A stretch of 64,000 nt of DNA from NCBI GenBank assembly GCA_951406725.2, contig OX597828.1, forward strand, positions 21,824,001 through 21,888,000, in the 5' to 3' direction. The stretch comes from Octopus vulgaris (taxonomy: Eukaryota). This document shows positions 28,760-43,779 of this stretch, in pieces (the first letter of the stretch is position 1; the number at the start of each line of letters is the position of its first letter). The position numbers and the translations under genes are program-made. Under the pieces are notes generated by a model. The model was given only the letters and a program-made list of their open reading frames with translations, had not been told where the DNA came from and ran no database searches.

Positions 28760-29910
28760 TTATTAGTTGACGTTTTTATGGTTCAGTTTCTATATGAGAC
28801 TATTTAATCACATCATGTACAAAAGAAGCCTTGGAACTTTATGAATTTCAACGAGGCTGCGTTGCGAGTCATTGTAAAGGTGGATATAGTCAGCATAAAA
28901 TTGCAGCAAACTTTCCGATCCCGCTTTCTACAGTTAATACAGTGATTTCGTAACTCACCATAGAGGGGAAGAAGTCCACATCACCTCGCCCAGATCAACC
29001 AAAGCCTTCTGACAAGCCCCATCTCTGTGTTAAGAGAAATGTGGAGGATAATACTCGGTGCAAGAACAAGTTGATGTCAGTCCCAGAACAGCTGTCAGAT
29101 ATCTCCACAAACTTGGATACTCTGGTAGGGCAGTAAGAAGGGAGCCATTTATTCGACCATCTAACATCAAGCGAAGAAAAATTAGGCCAGTGAGATTGTA
29201 GAGAGAGCATTAGCATTTTGGGACACTGTCATATTCTCTGATGACTCCAGATTTGCCATATTCCCTGACAGTGGTTGAGTCTGGGTCTGGAGACTCTGTG
29301 ATCAAGAATTTGATGTGAAAGGATTGCTGTCAACAATGAAATATGGTTGCTATTCTGTGATGTTCTGGGGTGGGGTGGGGGGCAATTTAGAGGAATGGTT
29401 GATCAGAGGTGGTGAAGTGTGATGGAAACATGAACACAGATAAATGTGTCGATATTTCAGAAAGGACTCCTTCCAGTCTTCTGCAGTGGCGGAAAAATTA
29501 AAGACTCTCTACTTATGGAAGATGGGGCTCCTTGTTACACAGCTAAAATGACCCAAGATTTGTGGGATGAGAATGGCATTAAAAAGTTTCGATTGCCAAA
29601 CAAGTCACCTGATATGAACCCTATTGAACACCTCTGGGGCATAATGGACAGCACACTTCATAAAAAGAGCAAGAAAGCATTTTTTCAGATTACTGCATGA
29701 AACTTGTCAAGAAATTCCGCAAGAGAATATTCGCCATCTGATCAGTAACATGCGTAATGAGGTCCTTGCATTGAAACAAGCAGAGGGCGTATCTATTAAA
29801 TATTAAATATTCACATTATAACAATTAATAGATAATTTGATTATATAAATTCAGATATATATATATTTTAATGATTATAAGGATGTCTATTTACTTGTCA
29901 TGTCTGCCTA
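28760..29910 (+). mobile_element. Decayed Tc1 (DD34E) transposon
   Basis: VIFSDDSRF, TMKYGCYSVMFWG and MEDGAPCYTAK...SPDMNPIEHLWG with 34 residues between D and E. The right TIR gtctatttacttgtcatgtctg is related to the 26819 element. Confidence 0.85.
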
Positions 29911-30231
29911 GATACGTAGATAGATAGATAAATAGAAAGATAGATAGATACACACATACATACACATATATATATAATCAAATACATGTATTTATGCATG
30001 TATGTATGTATGTGTGTGTGTGCGCGTGTGTTTATGTATATGTGTGTGTGTTGATTGCGGATTAATGGTATTTTGCTAGAAATGTCTCATCATTAAATAG
30101 CTATGTTTTCGCGTCGCCCCGATCGCCAATTCCGAAAAAAAGATCGTACGGGCGTTAAGATATGAGTTCCCTGATAAGAAACAAAATAAATAATGTTGTA
30201 TTACGTTGGTATGTGTATATACATACATACA

Positions 30232-30304
<73 letters not shown>

Positions 30305-30317
30305 TATATATATATAC

Positions 30318-30364
<47 letters not shown>

Positions 30365-30366
30365 TA

Positions 30367-30399
<33 letters not shown>

Positions 30400-30675
30400 T
30401 TATATATATTCAGCGCACAGACGCAGCATCACACATAAAAGCACAAAAGGACACACTTTCATAGGCGCAAACCGATGCAAACGCAAATTTATATATTCTG
30501 TGAAGATTCCTGTCATAATATCTTTTGACACTCATCACTTGTCTTCTTTCCCTGATGTACTCTAGCGATTAGCCTTGGTTATAACCAATATAGTGTGGTG
30601 TATAGACGTATTTCAACATAAGTGGTTCGTCAGGCGTTTCCGGCACGCCGAAACAGCCGTCTTATGACATATACA

Positions 30676-30774
<99 letters not shown>

Positions 30775-31039
30775 ATACGCATGTGTATATATATGTATAT
30801 GAACGTATGTCTCTATATATATAGATTTATATTTTGTTTTACATATATGGGACACTGTATAATTTACGTCTGATTGAAATCAGTAACCAGAACAAGAACA
30901 ATAATAACAATAATAATACTATTAATGATATATAACAACATAATAAAAATAACATGATGTAAAATAGGAACAACGACAACAACAACAATACCAACAGCGA
31001 CATTAGTAGCCATGGTTTCCGTGTTGGGCAGGATGCCCA

Positions 31040-31630
31040 GGATGTTTGAGTGAAGTGTGTAGTCGATATCATGAATTGAATTGTTATACCATATTGTCTC
31101 CAATTTATTTTGGTGACCCAGAAAGGATGGACAGCACAGCTTTACCCGGTGCGATTTGAACTAAGAATACAATGATCGGAAGCAATTGACGCCATATATT
31201 TTTCACACAGGCCAAATGATCGTCACCAGGCTTCGTCTTCGTTATTTAGATTGTAATAAAAGCACAAGGCCAAGAATTTTGAGCGTGGAGGAGAATCAAT
31301 CAGTTATATTAGTTTCAAAGTTTGGCATAAGGCTAGCAATTCTGACGGAGATGTATGTCGATTACATCGATTCTAGTTCTCAAATGGTACTTATTTTATC
31401 GATCCTGAAAGGACGAAAAGGGAAGTGAACCTCAACAGAATTTGAACACAAAACATAAAGATGGACGAAATGCCGCTAAGCACTAAAACCCGACGTGTCA
31501 ACAATACAGCCAGCTCGCTGCTGCATATGGTCAGTCAATTAGATTGACACTAGTATTTGACTTGTAATATACTTTATCGATTTCGGTCGGATGTAAGGCA
31601 AAAATCGACATTGACACTATAGGTATTCAG
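31040..31630 (-). mobile_element. Cluster of degenerate Nin-like SINE copies
   Basis: Repeated gtcgattacatcga..ggtacttattttatcga..gaaagga.gaaa motif and ccagctcgc end. Confidence 0.6.
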
Positions 31631-31794
31631 AACGAGAAGGATCCCTGCTCTTTTGATCGAGTATCTATTCGGTTCCTCCCACAGCCAAGTAGCTGTACTT
31701 GTAGAAGTAGTAGATGTATAGATGTAGCTGACCCAAGGATATAGTTTATTGAATTCCGTATCAGATAACGTTGTCTGTCTGTTTGTGTCTGTGC

Positions 31795-31856
<62 letters not shown>

Positions 31857-32036
31857 GTGTGTTTGTGTGTATATAGGCATGTATTACCCATTTGCAGATG
31901 AGCCGAGCAACAGGGAATGAATTGGTTTGCCGAAGAACGCCACTCCAATAACACAGTAGTTAGTGCAACACTGCTTGCCACAAGCCACGAGCCTTGACAT
32001 TTATATATATATATATACATATATAAGTATATACCG

Positions 32037-32102
<66 letters not shown>

Positions 32103-32260
32103 AACAATATCTATATACATATAAATAAATATATATACATATATGTATGTATGTATGAGTGTGCGTGTGTGAGAAAAACGAGGTGAGTATGGCGCTGAGA
32201 ACTAGATATCAATGTTGAAGCTAAATGGGCATAAATATATAATTACACACACACACACAA

Positions 32261-32291
<31 letters not shown>

Positions 32292-32436
32292 CACACATAT
32301 ACATATACTTATATGCAAGTTATATTCTTACATATAATATCTGATACTTCAATATATTTAGCACACTAAAGTATGACCTGTGAGACGCAATCGCCTACAC
32401 TTTCATGCAAAGATACATACGTACATGATAAATACA

Positions 32437-32481
<45 letters not shown>

Positions 32482-32508
32482 TTACACATATATATGTATA
32501 TACATATG

Positions 32509-32571
<63 letters not shown>

Positions 32572-33082
32572 GTATATACATATATATATATACATATATA
32601 TATATATATGTGTTTATTCACATATGTGAAGGGTTGAGAGAAGCGTTAAGTGCCTCTATAAGTCCATATGCACGTATAATTCTGTATGTCTGTGTGTGTG
32701 TGTTTGTTATTGTGTCTGAGTGTGTTTGTGCCTGTGTGTGCCTGTGGGTGTACGTATATATCTGTGTGTGTCTATATTTTCCCCTCATGTCCGTCTGTCA
32801 ATTTGCAGTGTTTGACAAATGTTTATAGGCCACACGTTTTATTTAACAAAATATCCGCCTCATCACATCTAATATAAAAGCTTTCATCAGTATTAAGTAA
32901 ATTGTTGATAGCACATAGTGATATTTCACAAATCTGGATAAATGGAATTATTCCTAATTTACCGATAATATATAGGTTAATGCAATACATATAATCACAG
33001 TATTCCAGCCGTGAGTATCCCAACGCATTGTATCAACTTAGCGAATTCCCTACTGGATTGGGAAGATCTTCCGAGAGGAGCT

Positions 33083-33122
33083 CTAATCCTAACCCTACCA
33101 TAACCTTAACCCTAACCCAACC

Positions 33123-33163
<41 letters not shown>

Positions 33164-33206
33164 ACCTACCCTAACCCTAACCCTAAACCCTCACCCTAAC
33201 CCTAAT

Positions 33207-33242
<36 letters not shown>

Positions 33243-33324
33243 CCCTAAACCTAATCCTAACCCTCACTCTCACCCTAACCCTAATCCTAACCCTCACCCT
33301 AACCCTAACCCTAACGCTAACCCT
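33083..33324. repeat. Interstitial telomeric repeat (CCCTAA)n / (TTAGGG)n, ~40 units, slightly degenerate
   Basis: Directly visible. Confidence 0.95.
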
Positions 33325-33708
33325 CTGGAATTTAAAAGGTCGACTGGAATGCAGAGTCTCTGGGAAGGTGAATTTCCCATTTTTGAAACGTGAAAACCGT
33401 TTTTGTGCAGTTCTATCAATAATAGCCCTGTCTTTGGACACTGGAGAAACGACTCACTCGTCTTTGTCAGCTTTAGAACCTTGATTGAAAGCGAAGAGAA
33501 GCAGGTGTTGAAAGTGCAAACTTTTTTTATTACTTGTTATCCCGTCGTTATAAATCCGTAAAGAGGTAAATTTCATTTCAATTTCAAAAACGATAAACAA
33601 TAGGTGTAAAGGACTAATAAAAACCACATAAAACATTACAATTAAAAAATGTTCCTTGCTTGTTCAAATAACATTGGACAGAAACGAATTAATTCATCTG
33701 GCAACACA
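33325..33708 (-). mobile_element. Mariner 5' fragment (HTH region), truncated at the telomeric tract
   Basis: LHFQHLLLFAFNQGSKA...AIIDRTAQKRFSRFKNGKFTFPETLHSSRP resembles mariner HFRHLLLFAFNRG..RTAQKWFSRFKNGNFDLEDxPxSGRP. Confidence 0.8.
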
Positions 33709-34747
33709 AAGTCAAGAACTATATTATCTGTTTTCTTCCCTTTTTTTCAGAGGACCTGGTTTGATGGAGATTAGGATGTAATTTCTGGCAGTCACTAATA
33801 ACCAAAGATAAAACTTCGTCATATTCACATTAATATTTTCAGGCAAAAGCATCGAGAAATATAAAAATCTGCCTCTTTTATGAACGACGTATTTGCAATA
33901 AAAATCTTGTTTTACCGTTTTGAGATAAATATCATCGAATCAGGTACTTTATCCTCTCTGCTTTAAATATATCACTTTCAATTTAAGTTTTGTTTCCCTA
34001 GTAATGTCACCTCTAAATAATACTTCTCGGGAAACTTATAAACTGGCTTCCTGCAAATGGCATTTTTACTTTTCATGGTGAAAAGGAATTTCGGGTTCGG
34101 CGCACGCAAAGAAATCACTGAAAGAAAAATAAGACAAGATCATTCTTGGTTTACTTCTATCGTCTACATTACAACCAGATTTAACCCAGGTTGGTCACAC
34201 AGTCTCCTAAATACAGTTACCTAAAGTTTTCCCAATCACGTTCTGCTGCATCGAAGAAGGAATTGTGACATTTGCAGCTCTGTTTTACTAGGTGTAAGAA
34301 AACAAAATGAGAGAGCTGAAAATGCAACGAAAGCCTTCTCGGAACAAAGACCAACTCACTAAGAGTAGCACAAATACAACAACAACCGCAGCTAAAAAAA
34401 AATACAGCAACACGAATTAACCCTCGAATGACTATTTGAAAGAAATCGATATTTTGTGGCAAATTTCATTTTAGTAGAGGTTCTACTTTGATTTTCACAA
34501 AAAAAAGAATAAAATAAAATCAAAATCAAAATCAAAACAAGAAATTGAAATGTAAAAATTAGGAATAAAGAAATATAAAAATAAAATACATATACGTATA
34601 TAAATAACGACAACAACGACAATAGCACCAACAACAACAACAACTATAATTACAATAACAATAATAATAATAATAATGATGATGATGATGATGATGTTGA
34701 TGATGATGATGATGACGATGATGATGACGATGATGATGATGATAATG

Positions 34748-34804
<57 letters not shown>

Positions 34805-36970
34805 TGAAATACAACAACAAGAATAAAATAAAAGTGATGCTGATAATAATAATAATATTAAAATGTTAAATTGATGATTTTGATAAAACAAAATTATATA
34901 GAAATCTATTATTGTTGATAACTTTGTATCTGAAAAGGAAAACAGAGAACAAAGAAGAGTTACAAACAAGTAGAAAATAACAAAAACAAAAATAACAACA
35001 GAGACATAAATGTTTTTTTTTTGTTTAAATGGCTGCAACTCTACTGTATAAATATGACACACAAAAACCTCGTACCACGTGGTATATTGTGTCTTTCACT
35101 GATGCACCAGCCATTTATCGGGAGGGAAGATAAAACAGACGGAACGTTGAGTAGGCTGATAACGTCAGAGCCAGGAAAAAGGCAGGCAGTAGACATCCTA
35201 GCAAAGGAATTATTGTTGTTCATTTCAAAATGGCGGAAGTGGAAGAGGTGGTTATGTGAGATGAGGAAATTATAAAATATAACGTATATCATGTTATCAC
35301 GCAAACCATACGAAATATATCCACATGAATCAACGATAAAAGGCTTCTACATGTGGTCGATCGATTTGCTAGACATAGCAACCGTATACTTAGTATACGG
35401 AAAAAGGAAAAAGAGAAGATATAGATAGAAGACACAGGAGGGAAAAGGGGCTCAAGGGTTTTACCAAATGGTTACAGAAAGTGCCGCGTTAAATTGCATG
35501 AATGGGGCAGAAGGATTTGAAGATTCATGATGGCCACTGGTGTTTTTCGTCATTAGGTATGAAGAAGAAGGAAAATACTAGTAGTTGTAGTAGTAGGTGT
35601 TGTTGTTGTTGTTGTTGGTGTAATAGTAGTAGCAGTAGAACAATTAAGTGGCGGAGATGAGACGATGAAGAAGAAGACGTCGTTGCCGAAGGAGTGAGAA
35701 GAGGAGGACAAGAAATATAAGTAGTAGAAGTAAGTGGAGTGGTAGTAGTAGTGGTAGCAGCAGCAGCAGCAGTAGCAGTAGTAGTAATAGTAGTAGTAAT
35801 AGTAGAAGTATTAGTAGTAGTAGTAGTAGGAGGAGGAGGAGGAGGAGGTGGGGGAGAAGAAACAAAGAAGAAATATAAGTAGTAGTAATAGTAACAGAAA
35901 CAGCGGCAGTAGTAGTGGTAGAAGTAGTAGTAGTAGGAGTAGTAGTAGTAGTGGTAATAGTAGTAATAGTGGTATTAGTAAGAGTAAGCGAAGGAGGAGG
36001 AGGGTGAATTGAAGGTGAAGAAGAAGAAGAAGAAGAAGGAGGAGGGGAGGAGGAGAAGAAGAAGAAGAAGAAGAAGAAGAAGAAGAAGAAGAAGAAGAAG
36101 AAGAAGAAGAAGAAGAAGAAGAAGAGTGAAGCGGAGGACAGAAGAGAAAAGGAGACAACGAAGAAAGAGGAAGACAGGTGACCAAAATTCCCTAAAATCG
36201 TATCTTCCCTTTCGTAAATTTAATTGTAAAACATTTCGGCCCTGACTTTTACGGATTGGATTGAAGCAGGTGTTTTGGTTCCGGACTGAAACTGGTCTAC
36301 CAGCATTCCTCCATTAACTCCTAAGTGTTGTGCGCATGCGCGTGTATATGAGTGTGTGTGTGTGTGTGTGTGTTTCTACCTTTTCTAAGGAAAACTATTT
36401 CTCGTTATATTGAACGTATGATCTTATGATCAGGAGCCGAATACTACGTTTTAGGCTACGAATCTCCAGAGTGTTAAAAAGTACATGCTCTTTATTCCTT
36501 TGAGCTAGTGGGTGTGATGAATGAGATACAGTAAAACTTAGATTCCCAGTATAGCAGAAGATGTTTATACACTTGTGAGTTCACTTCATCTCTAACCAAT
36601 ACAGACAAAAAAATTTCTATAGTCTCTCGATAGAGACGAATGCCAAACACTGCTTTATCTAGTAACACTTGGTGTATAAGAATCACAGGAAGGTCATAGA
36701 TGGAACAGCATAGTTCATAGCTCAGACTGAAGATCACTAGCGTATAGTAACGTTTATAATAACAATCAACACGTATAAATTGAATATAAGAATATAAGGG
36801 GACAAAAAACCTCAGCTATGAAAGCACTCATACTATATATATAAACTCCATTTAATCGAACAATGCTGCAAACATTACATCAATTTAAATGCAGAGCAAT
36901 CCTCGGGCGCACAAAGACGTAGAATTTAACTAAATTAAAACAGATGGACACATTAGTATACTAATGTATG

Positions 36971-37031
<61 letters not shown>

Positions 37032-37115
37032 ATATATATATACATATATACATATATTTTACTAATACATGTATTATATATATATATACGTTTAAGTGTA
37101 TGTACGTATATATGA

Positions 37116-37159
<44 letters not shown>

Positions 37160-37643
37160 GAGTGTATACGTAAGTACGTTCATACATATACATACATATA
37201 TAAATCTCCACATATATACGCATATATACATGCATACGTACATGCATACATACTTGCATACATAGATACATACTTCTATACATAAACAAAAAAGTTTCTT
37301 AGTAAAAGAGTTAACTGCTTGTACAATACGTTTGAAGTTATCTCGTGATGGAGCTGATGGTGGTCGGTGGTGGCGCCACTGTCGAATATTAGTATAGAGG
37401 AGAGAAACAGAAGTAAATGAAGTTTGATATTTGAAAGTAATTATTGGTGACACAATGTAGTAATTGACAAAATTGCGGAATCTACACACAGACTCGACTA
37501 CACCTCCCACACACATATACACCATATATATATATATACGCGAACGTAGTCACATAAGTACGTGTGTGTGTGTGTATAAACGGATATATAATTACTTTCA
37601 GAGATGATTGCGTATATACATATATATATATATAAAAATACAC

Positions 37644-37693
<50 letters not shown>

Positions 37694-37829
37694 GCATTTA
37701 GATATAGTAATATATACGCAACACACATATATATATATATACGTATGTATATATATATATATACATATATACATACATAAACATATATTACATACAGACA
37801 CATACATATGTAAGTACATATATATATGC

Positions 37830-37928
<99 letters not shown>

Positions 37929-37949
37929 CATATTTAAACATATTCTTTT

Positions 37950-38338
37950 ATTCTTTTACTTGTTTCAGTCATTGGAATGCGGCCATGCTGGAGCACCGCA
38001 TTTAGTCGAGCAAATCGTCCGCAGGACTTATTCTTTGTAAGCGTAGTACTTGTTCCATCTGTTTCTTTTGCCGAACCGCTAGGTTACAGGGACGTAAACA
38101 CACCACCATCTGTTGTCAAGCGATTTTGGGGGACAAACAGAAATACAAACATACACACACACATACATATATATATATACTTATACATATATGCGACGGG
38201 CATATTTCAGTTTCCGTCAACCAAATCTTCTCAGCTGATTTGGTCAGCCCGAGACTATAGTAGAAGGTGCCACGCAGTGGGAATGAACCCGGAACCATAT
38301 GGCTGGTAAGCGAGCTACTTACCATAAAGCCACTCCTA
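37950..38338 (-). mobile_element. tRNA-derived SINE, same family as 22207
   Basis: Reverse complement of the 22207-22606 family, more diverged. Confidence 0.85.
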
Positions 38339-38846
38339 CATCTATATATATATATTCGGATTCATTGGTATATGTCAATTAGTGTATTGATGTATTCAGT
38401 AAGGCACTAATACGGTTTGTGCTACTTATTGGGGGTTTGTTTGTGATTGGGGAACCATTCCCTAACGAAGCGGGCAAATACCAACATGACTACATGAACT
38501 CAATGTTTGAGTGCGGCATTACTTTATGTATCCTTGTATCAGACGTTACACAGACTGTGAAATTGATGCACCACACTATCATGCAAGTTATAAAGGAGAG
38601 TTGCAGGATGAGTGAAGACGATCGTCGCGTTGAATAAAGACTAATGCCAAAACCATCTTCCGTTTCAATCATCGATTATATATATATATATATATTTATA
38701 ATATATATATATATATGGGCAAGGGAATGATACATTTACAAAACCTGCAATATCTAAGGTGTCAAATGCTAATGGCTTCACGTCTCTCTGATCGATACCT
38801 GATACGAAATAGAAAAAAGAAAGTCTATAGTGACTTTTGGGACATC

Positions 38847-38925
<79 letters not shown>

Positions 38926-39913
38926 TGTTTGTGTGCATGTGTGCACGTATGTTCCTTATGGATTCGAAAACTAAATTGCCAATTTTGACGTATGGAGTAT
39001 CAAAAAATTCAGTAATCTTTCGGTAACAAAATAACGTGTGTTTTTGCACAACGACTTTTTACTACAAAATAACTTCGAAAACGAGGTCGCGTCGCACAAT
39101 TTTGAGATCTTTAAGTGCACAGTCTCAGATAGTATATAATGAGAAAATGTTTAAAGTGCATATTATTTTACTTGAGAATGAAACTCCAAGATATACCTTC
39201 AAATACATTATTATTATTTAGTAGATGATCCTTTAATGTGAAGTATGTTTGTCTGTGTTTTGTTTAGCCCAGAGTTGCTTCTCATGTAGCAGACCCATTG
39301 CATAGTTTTTTTTGCTTTCTGAAATATTGTAAATCTGTGTCTTTCTTTTGATGAAATTGTGTGTTTTAAGAGAGGTTTAGCTGCTACTTGTAGTGTGTGT
39401 GTGTGTGTGTGTTTTATTGTGGTGGGAAAAAACAATTTTTAAGAATATTTTGCACAATAATTTTTAAAGAAATCTGGACATGTTTCTTACTGCCAATCAT
39501 TCAACTTCAGATTACAATTGTTAATTGTTGGAAGTCAAGTAGACTGGGATGTACATATACTTTTACCGTATAGAGTGGAAGTTCAATACGAAGTCTTGAA
39601 CTCATTATCCTGTGGTTAGTAATCCATTACCTTAAATTTGAAGCCATTAAGTCTTTAGACATTATTTTATTGGGCTTAGACTTTCGACTACTGCCATGAT
39701 AGGGTGTCCCCTTTATGTATTTAGTTGATCATACTGACCTCAATTCGTATTTCAATTTGACATTTATTTTATAGATCTTTGCTTGATGAACTGTGAACAT
39801 TGAGACATATTTGGACACAATACTCGATTTAACAACAAATGTAAACACACGCACAAAAGCCCCCACCCACGCGCACACACACAGATACACACACACATAC
39901 ATACCCACACACA

Positions 39914-39945
<32 letters not shown>

Positions 39946-40461
39946 CATATATATATATATACTAGGTGCAACAATGACTGTGGACCGTGTGGTTAAGAAG
40001 TTTGCTTCCCAACCACATGGTTCCACGTTCAGTTCATCTCCATGTAACCTTGGTGTTTTATACTATAGCCCTAGGCCAACCGCAGACTTGCGACTGAATT
40101 TGGTTAATAGAAACTGCAGCTTTGTTCATCAGAAAATGACTGAAAAACATGTTTATGAAGAAGAGCTGTTTGATTCATACACCTCGTGCGCACGCATGGT
40201 GAACACAGTTCACGTCAAACAGCTGACTGAGTAAAGTTCACTATTCAATGCATGGGATAAGGCCTAAACAAACACATTATCGATTTTTGCACTTGCGAGA
40301 TGAATTTCGGAACAGAAATGGCGCAGTTCAATTTTCATTCGCCTAAACTTTAAGTGACACATTTTTGGTGGTTCTACGATGTGTTGGCTAGGAGGAGATG
40401 TGCCGGGAAGTTAAACACACTGACACACACACAGATACACAAGTTGAGTTATATATATATA

Positions 40462-40521
<60 letters not shown>

Positions 40522-40756
40522 TCTTATTATATTATTATATATATATTCATCTTATTATATTATTATATATATATTTTGATATTATTAATTATTGATAATT
40601 ATTTTCTGGATAATTTTCGAATTGAAAAGCCGGCATTTTATTTCACTGCGGACAAGGAGCTGCGCTTGCGCAGTAGATTTGAAAAATTAGAACGTATACG
40701 CACGGGGTATATACTGAAATGCCTCGTGTATTTATATATATTTAATTTAAGGTGTA

Positions 40757-40824
40757 CCTGCTGAAGAAGACTTCGCCTAGCAAATTATATATTTGCTAAA
40801 AAAGTCTGAAGCCATTGGTCCAGG
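40757..40824 (+). ncRNA. Type I hammerhead ribozyme-like motif with long stem II
   Basis: CCUG-CUGAAGA-AGACUU..UAGCAAAU(UAUAU)AUUUGCUA..AAGUCU-GAAG-CCAUUGG-UC-CAGG: stem I CCUG/CAGG, two-part stem II, GUC triplet. GAAA is changed to GAAG. Confidence 0.65.
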
Positions 40825-41100
40825 AGTTAGATGGTAATTGTTTTTTATTTTTCATTCCCTTCAACATTTTATCCATAATAGTGGTTTGGAATTTAACTGT
40901 TCTCTCTAGCATGCAAGGAGTCCTATGATGGATGTCTCTTACGTGTTTAAATGTATACTATATTTATATGAATAATAAATAGTCTATTGACTGAATTTTT
41001 ACACGTTAGGCCACTGGTAATGGAAATTACTAATATTTCTGATTACCCCTTGATATTATTATTATTATTGTTATTATCATTTTTATTATTATTATTATTA

Positions 41101-41791
41101 TTCAGTAGCTTTATTTTTATAGCGTGCTTTCACTTCACTACCGAGCACAGCTCTGTGTGCCTTGGGTATGTGCTGTGATTTGTTGTGATGCTCTGATGGT
41201 TATTGTATGGAAAGTGTTCTGCGTAGGATGTGTGCAGTGCCCAGTAGTGCAATTTTCTGTATGTTATATGTGTTTGTAAGTCCTGGTGTTTTTGTTATGT
41301 ATTTGTCTGAATATTTTTTTATCATGCCTAATGCACCTACTATGATAGGAATTGTTTCTGTTTTCAGATTCCACATTCTAGTTACCTCTATTTCCAGGTC
41401 TTTGTATTTTGAGAGTTTCTCCATTTCTTTTAGAGACACGTTGTCATCAGCCGGTATTGATACATCAATTAGAAAGCATTTTTTTCCTCATGATCTCTGA
41501 CAACTATATCTGGTCTGTTGGCCTTAATTTCTCTATCTGTGTGTATCGGCATATCCCAGAGTATGGTTGCTTTCTCGTTTTCTGTGACCTTTTCTGGTGT
41601 GTGCCTATACCATCTTTTTTCTGTTGTTATTCCATAATGTTGGCATAGCTTCCAATGTATGTTAGTTCCAACTCTGTCATGTCTGTGAATATATTCCTTC
41701 TTAGCCAGGACTGGGCAGCTAGAGATAATATGATTTATTGTTTCTTGTCCATCTCCACATATTCTGCAGTTACTTGTAATATTTGTTTTCA

Positions 41792-41792
<1 letters not shown>
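41101..41792 (-). mobile_element. 5'-truncated R4/Dong-like non-LTR retrotransposon (CCHC plus restriction-like endonuclease)
   Basis: CRICGDGQETINHIISSC..YIHRHDRV..ILWDMPIHTDREIKANRPDIVV / FLIDVSIPADDNVSLKEMEKLSKYKDL..IPIIVGALG with one frameshift; flanked on both sides by (TAA)n on the sense strand. Confidence 0.9.
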
Positions 41793-41847
<55 letters not shown>

Positions 41848-41850
41848 GTA

Positions 41851-41979
<129 letters not shown>

Positions 41980-42659
41980 TTACTTTCAAGGTGAGCCAAA
42001 GTGTACGTACGCCGCTATGTGTATATATGTATATATATATGTATATATAACTCCCCAAATGGAATAAGAGCGTAACAGACGATAATAAAACAGATAGGTG
42101 ATACAAAGACGGAGAGGAAAAACAAGAACGGATCATTTGTGGCCTTCTATTCATCAGTTGATTTTTCCAAATTACCATTATAATTTCAGCCTGTTACACT
42201 TGAGACTGTTCAAAATTGAATGACCCCAAAAATCTAAGCTAAGAACATTAAAATTTTGTAAGAAATCAAGCGAATGTATGCGACAATACAGGAGAAAATA
42301 CGAGAAAACATTACAAATACAAACAACAGAATAACAAGAAGTGTCTTTCGACTAATGTGTGTGTATTTTTGTGCATAGATATAAGTACCTATATTAACAC
42401 ACATACACACACACGGAGGCAGGTACGCGCGCGTGCACACAGAGACATACTCACAAACACAGACATAAATACGTACGTAAATATATATTTACTTTTATAT
42501 GTGACCCAATCTCCAGAAAGTAGAATGACTTTAAAAAATTATTAAACATTATAGGTTTTAATGAATAACAAATCAGAGCATTCATACAAAGTAACAACCG
42601 TTCATATGGACAATTACATCAAACACACATCTACCATTGTCAGCCTTCATATTCATGTG

Positions 42660-42733
<74 letters not shown>

Positions 42734-42848
42734 ACTAGCTAGCTAGCTAGCTATCCCCCCTCTCTCTCTTCATTTATATATATATATATATATATATATA
42801 CACGCATATATATTTATTTTCACGCACATATACATATATATGAGTGTG

Positions 42849-42948
<100 letters not shown>

Positions 42949-43019
42949 TATATATATGTATATATAGATATACATGTATATATATACATATATATATATA
43001 TATATAATTTAGATATGTT

Positions 43020-43545
43020 CCGACCAAAGATTGGTCCCGGCTATGTCAAACTTAATAGCGCCTTCTATTTGGATTAGTTAAATCGTTTTGTGGTATCATG
43101 GTCCATTCAACTAGGGAGTTCTTGCTGAGTGAATTATATCCAGGTATAGGTAGTTTACCTGGTATTCCTTGAAGAAATTTGTCCAGATTCCGTTTAAATG
43201 TGATGGTATCCTTTTCCTCTTTGACCTCTTTCGGGACAATGTTAAATAGGACAGGACCTGTTGAAGAAAAGAAAATTATTTTCAGTGTATTTATGTGCTG
43301 TGAACCTGTATTGGGTAGGGGAGGTATGGCCCATGGTCCTACGCTTGGATGAATTTTGAAGCTAATGTTGAGGTCGTTTGTGCAATGCTGGTGGTATATT
43401 CTTCACATCGTGCAAATGATGTATCACTCAGAGCGACCCTGGACAGAAAAGTGTTTTAATGCATCAAGGCTGTCCCAATAATCGAGATCAGTCATGCCCT
43501 TAACTCTTGTAATGAATGACCTCTGGGAGTGCTTCAATTTACGAA
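43020..43545 (-). mobile_element. CR1-group LINE ORF2 C-terminal remnant
   Basis: QRSFITRVKGMTDLDYWDSL..LK..; GPVLFNIVPKEVKEEKD..TFKRNLDKFLQGIP; with stops and frameshifts. Confidence 0.75.
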
Positions 43546-43779
43546 ATGTTTTGTTTTGTATTGCTGTACAAATGAGGAGAAAAGAAGAATGATGACATTT
43601 TGCTCTCTGTTCCAGAAGTTCCTTAGCATCCAGGAGTTCATCCTACGAGCTATATATATATATATATATATATATACTTTTATTCTTTTATTCTTTTATC
43701 GGCTTCGGCCCGAAGCTGCAACCATGCTGGGGCACCACTATTTTGCTACACTGTTATTATTGGGGGACTTCTTATATAT

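Noticed and set aside
36430-36480. Minus-strand CTGGAGA..GCC-TAAAA-CGTA, possible decayed hammerhead
   Set aside because: Too many core mismatches and no convincing stem II.
38370-39220. Possible solo LTR (38370-38670) and Helentron-associated element (38930-39220)
   Set aside because: Only vague motif resemblance; termini and TSDs could not be defined.
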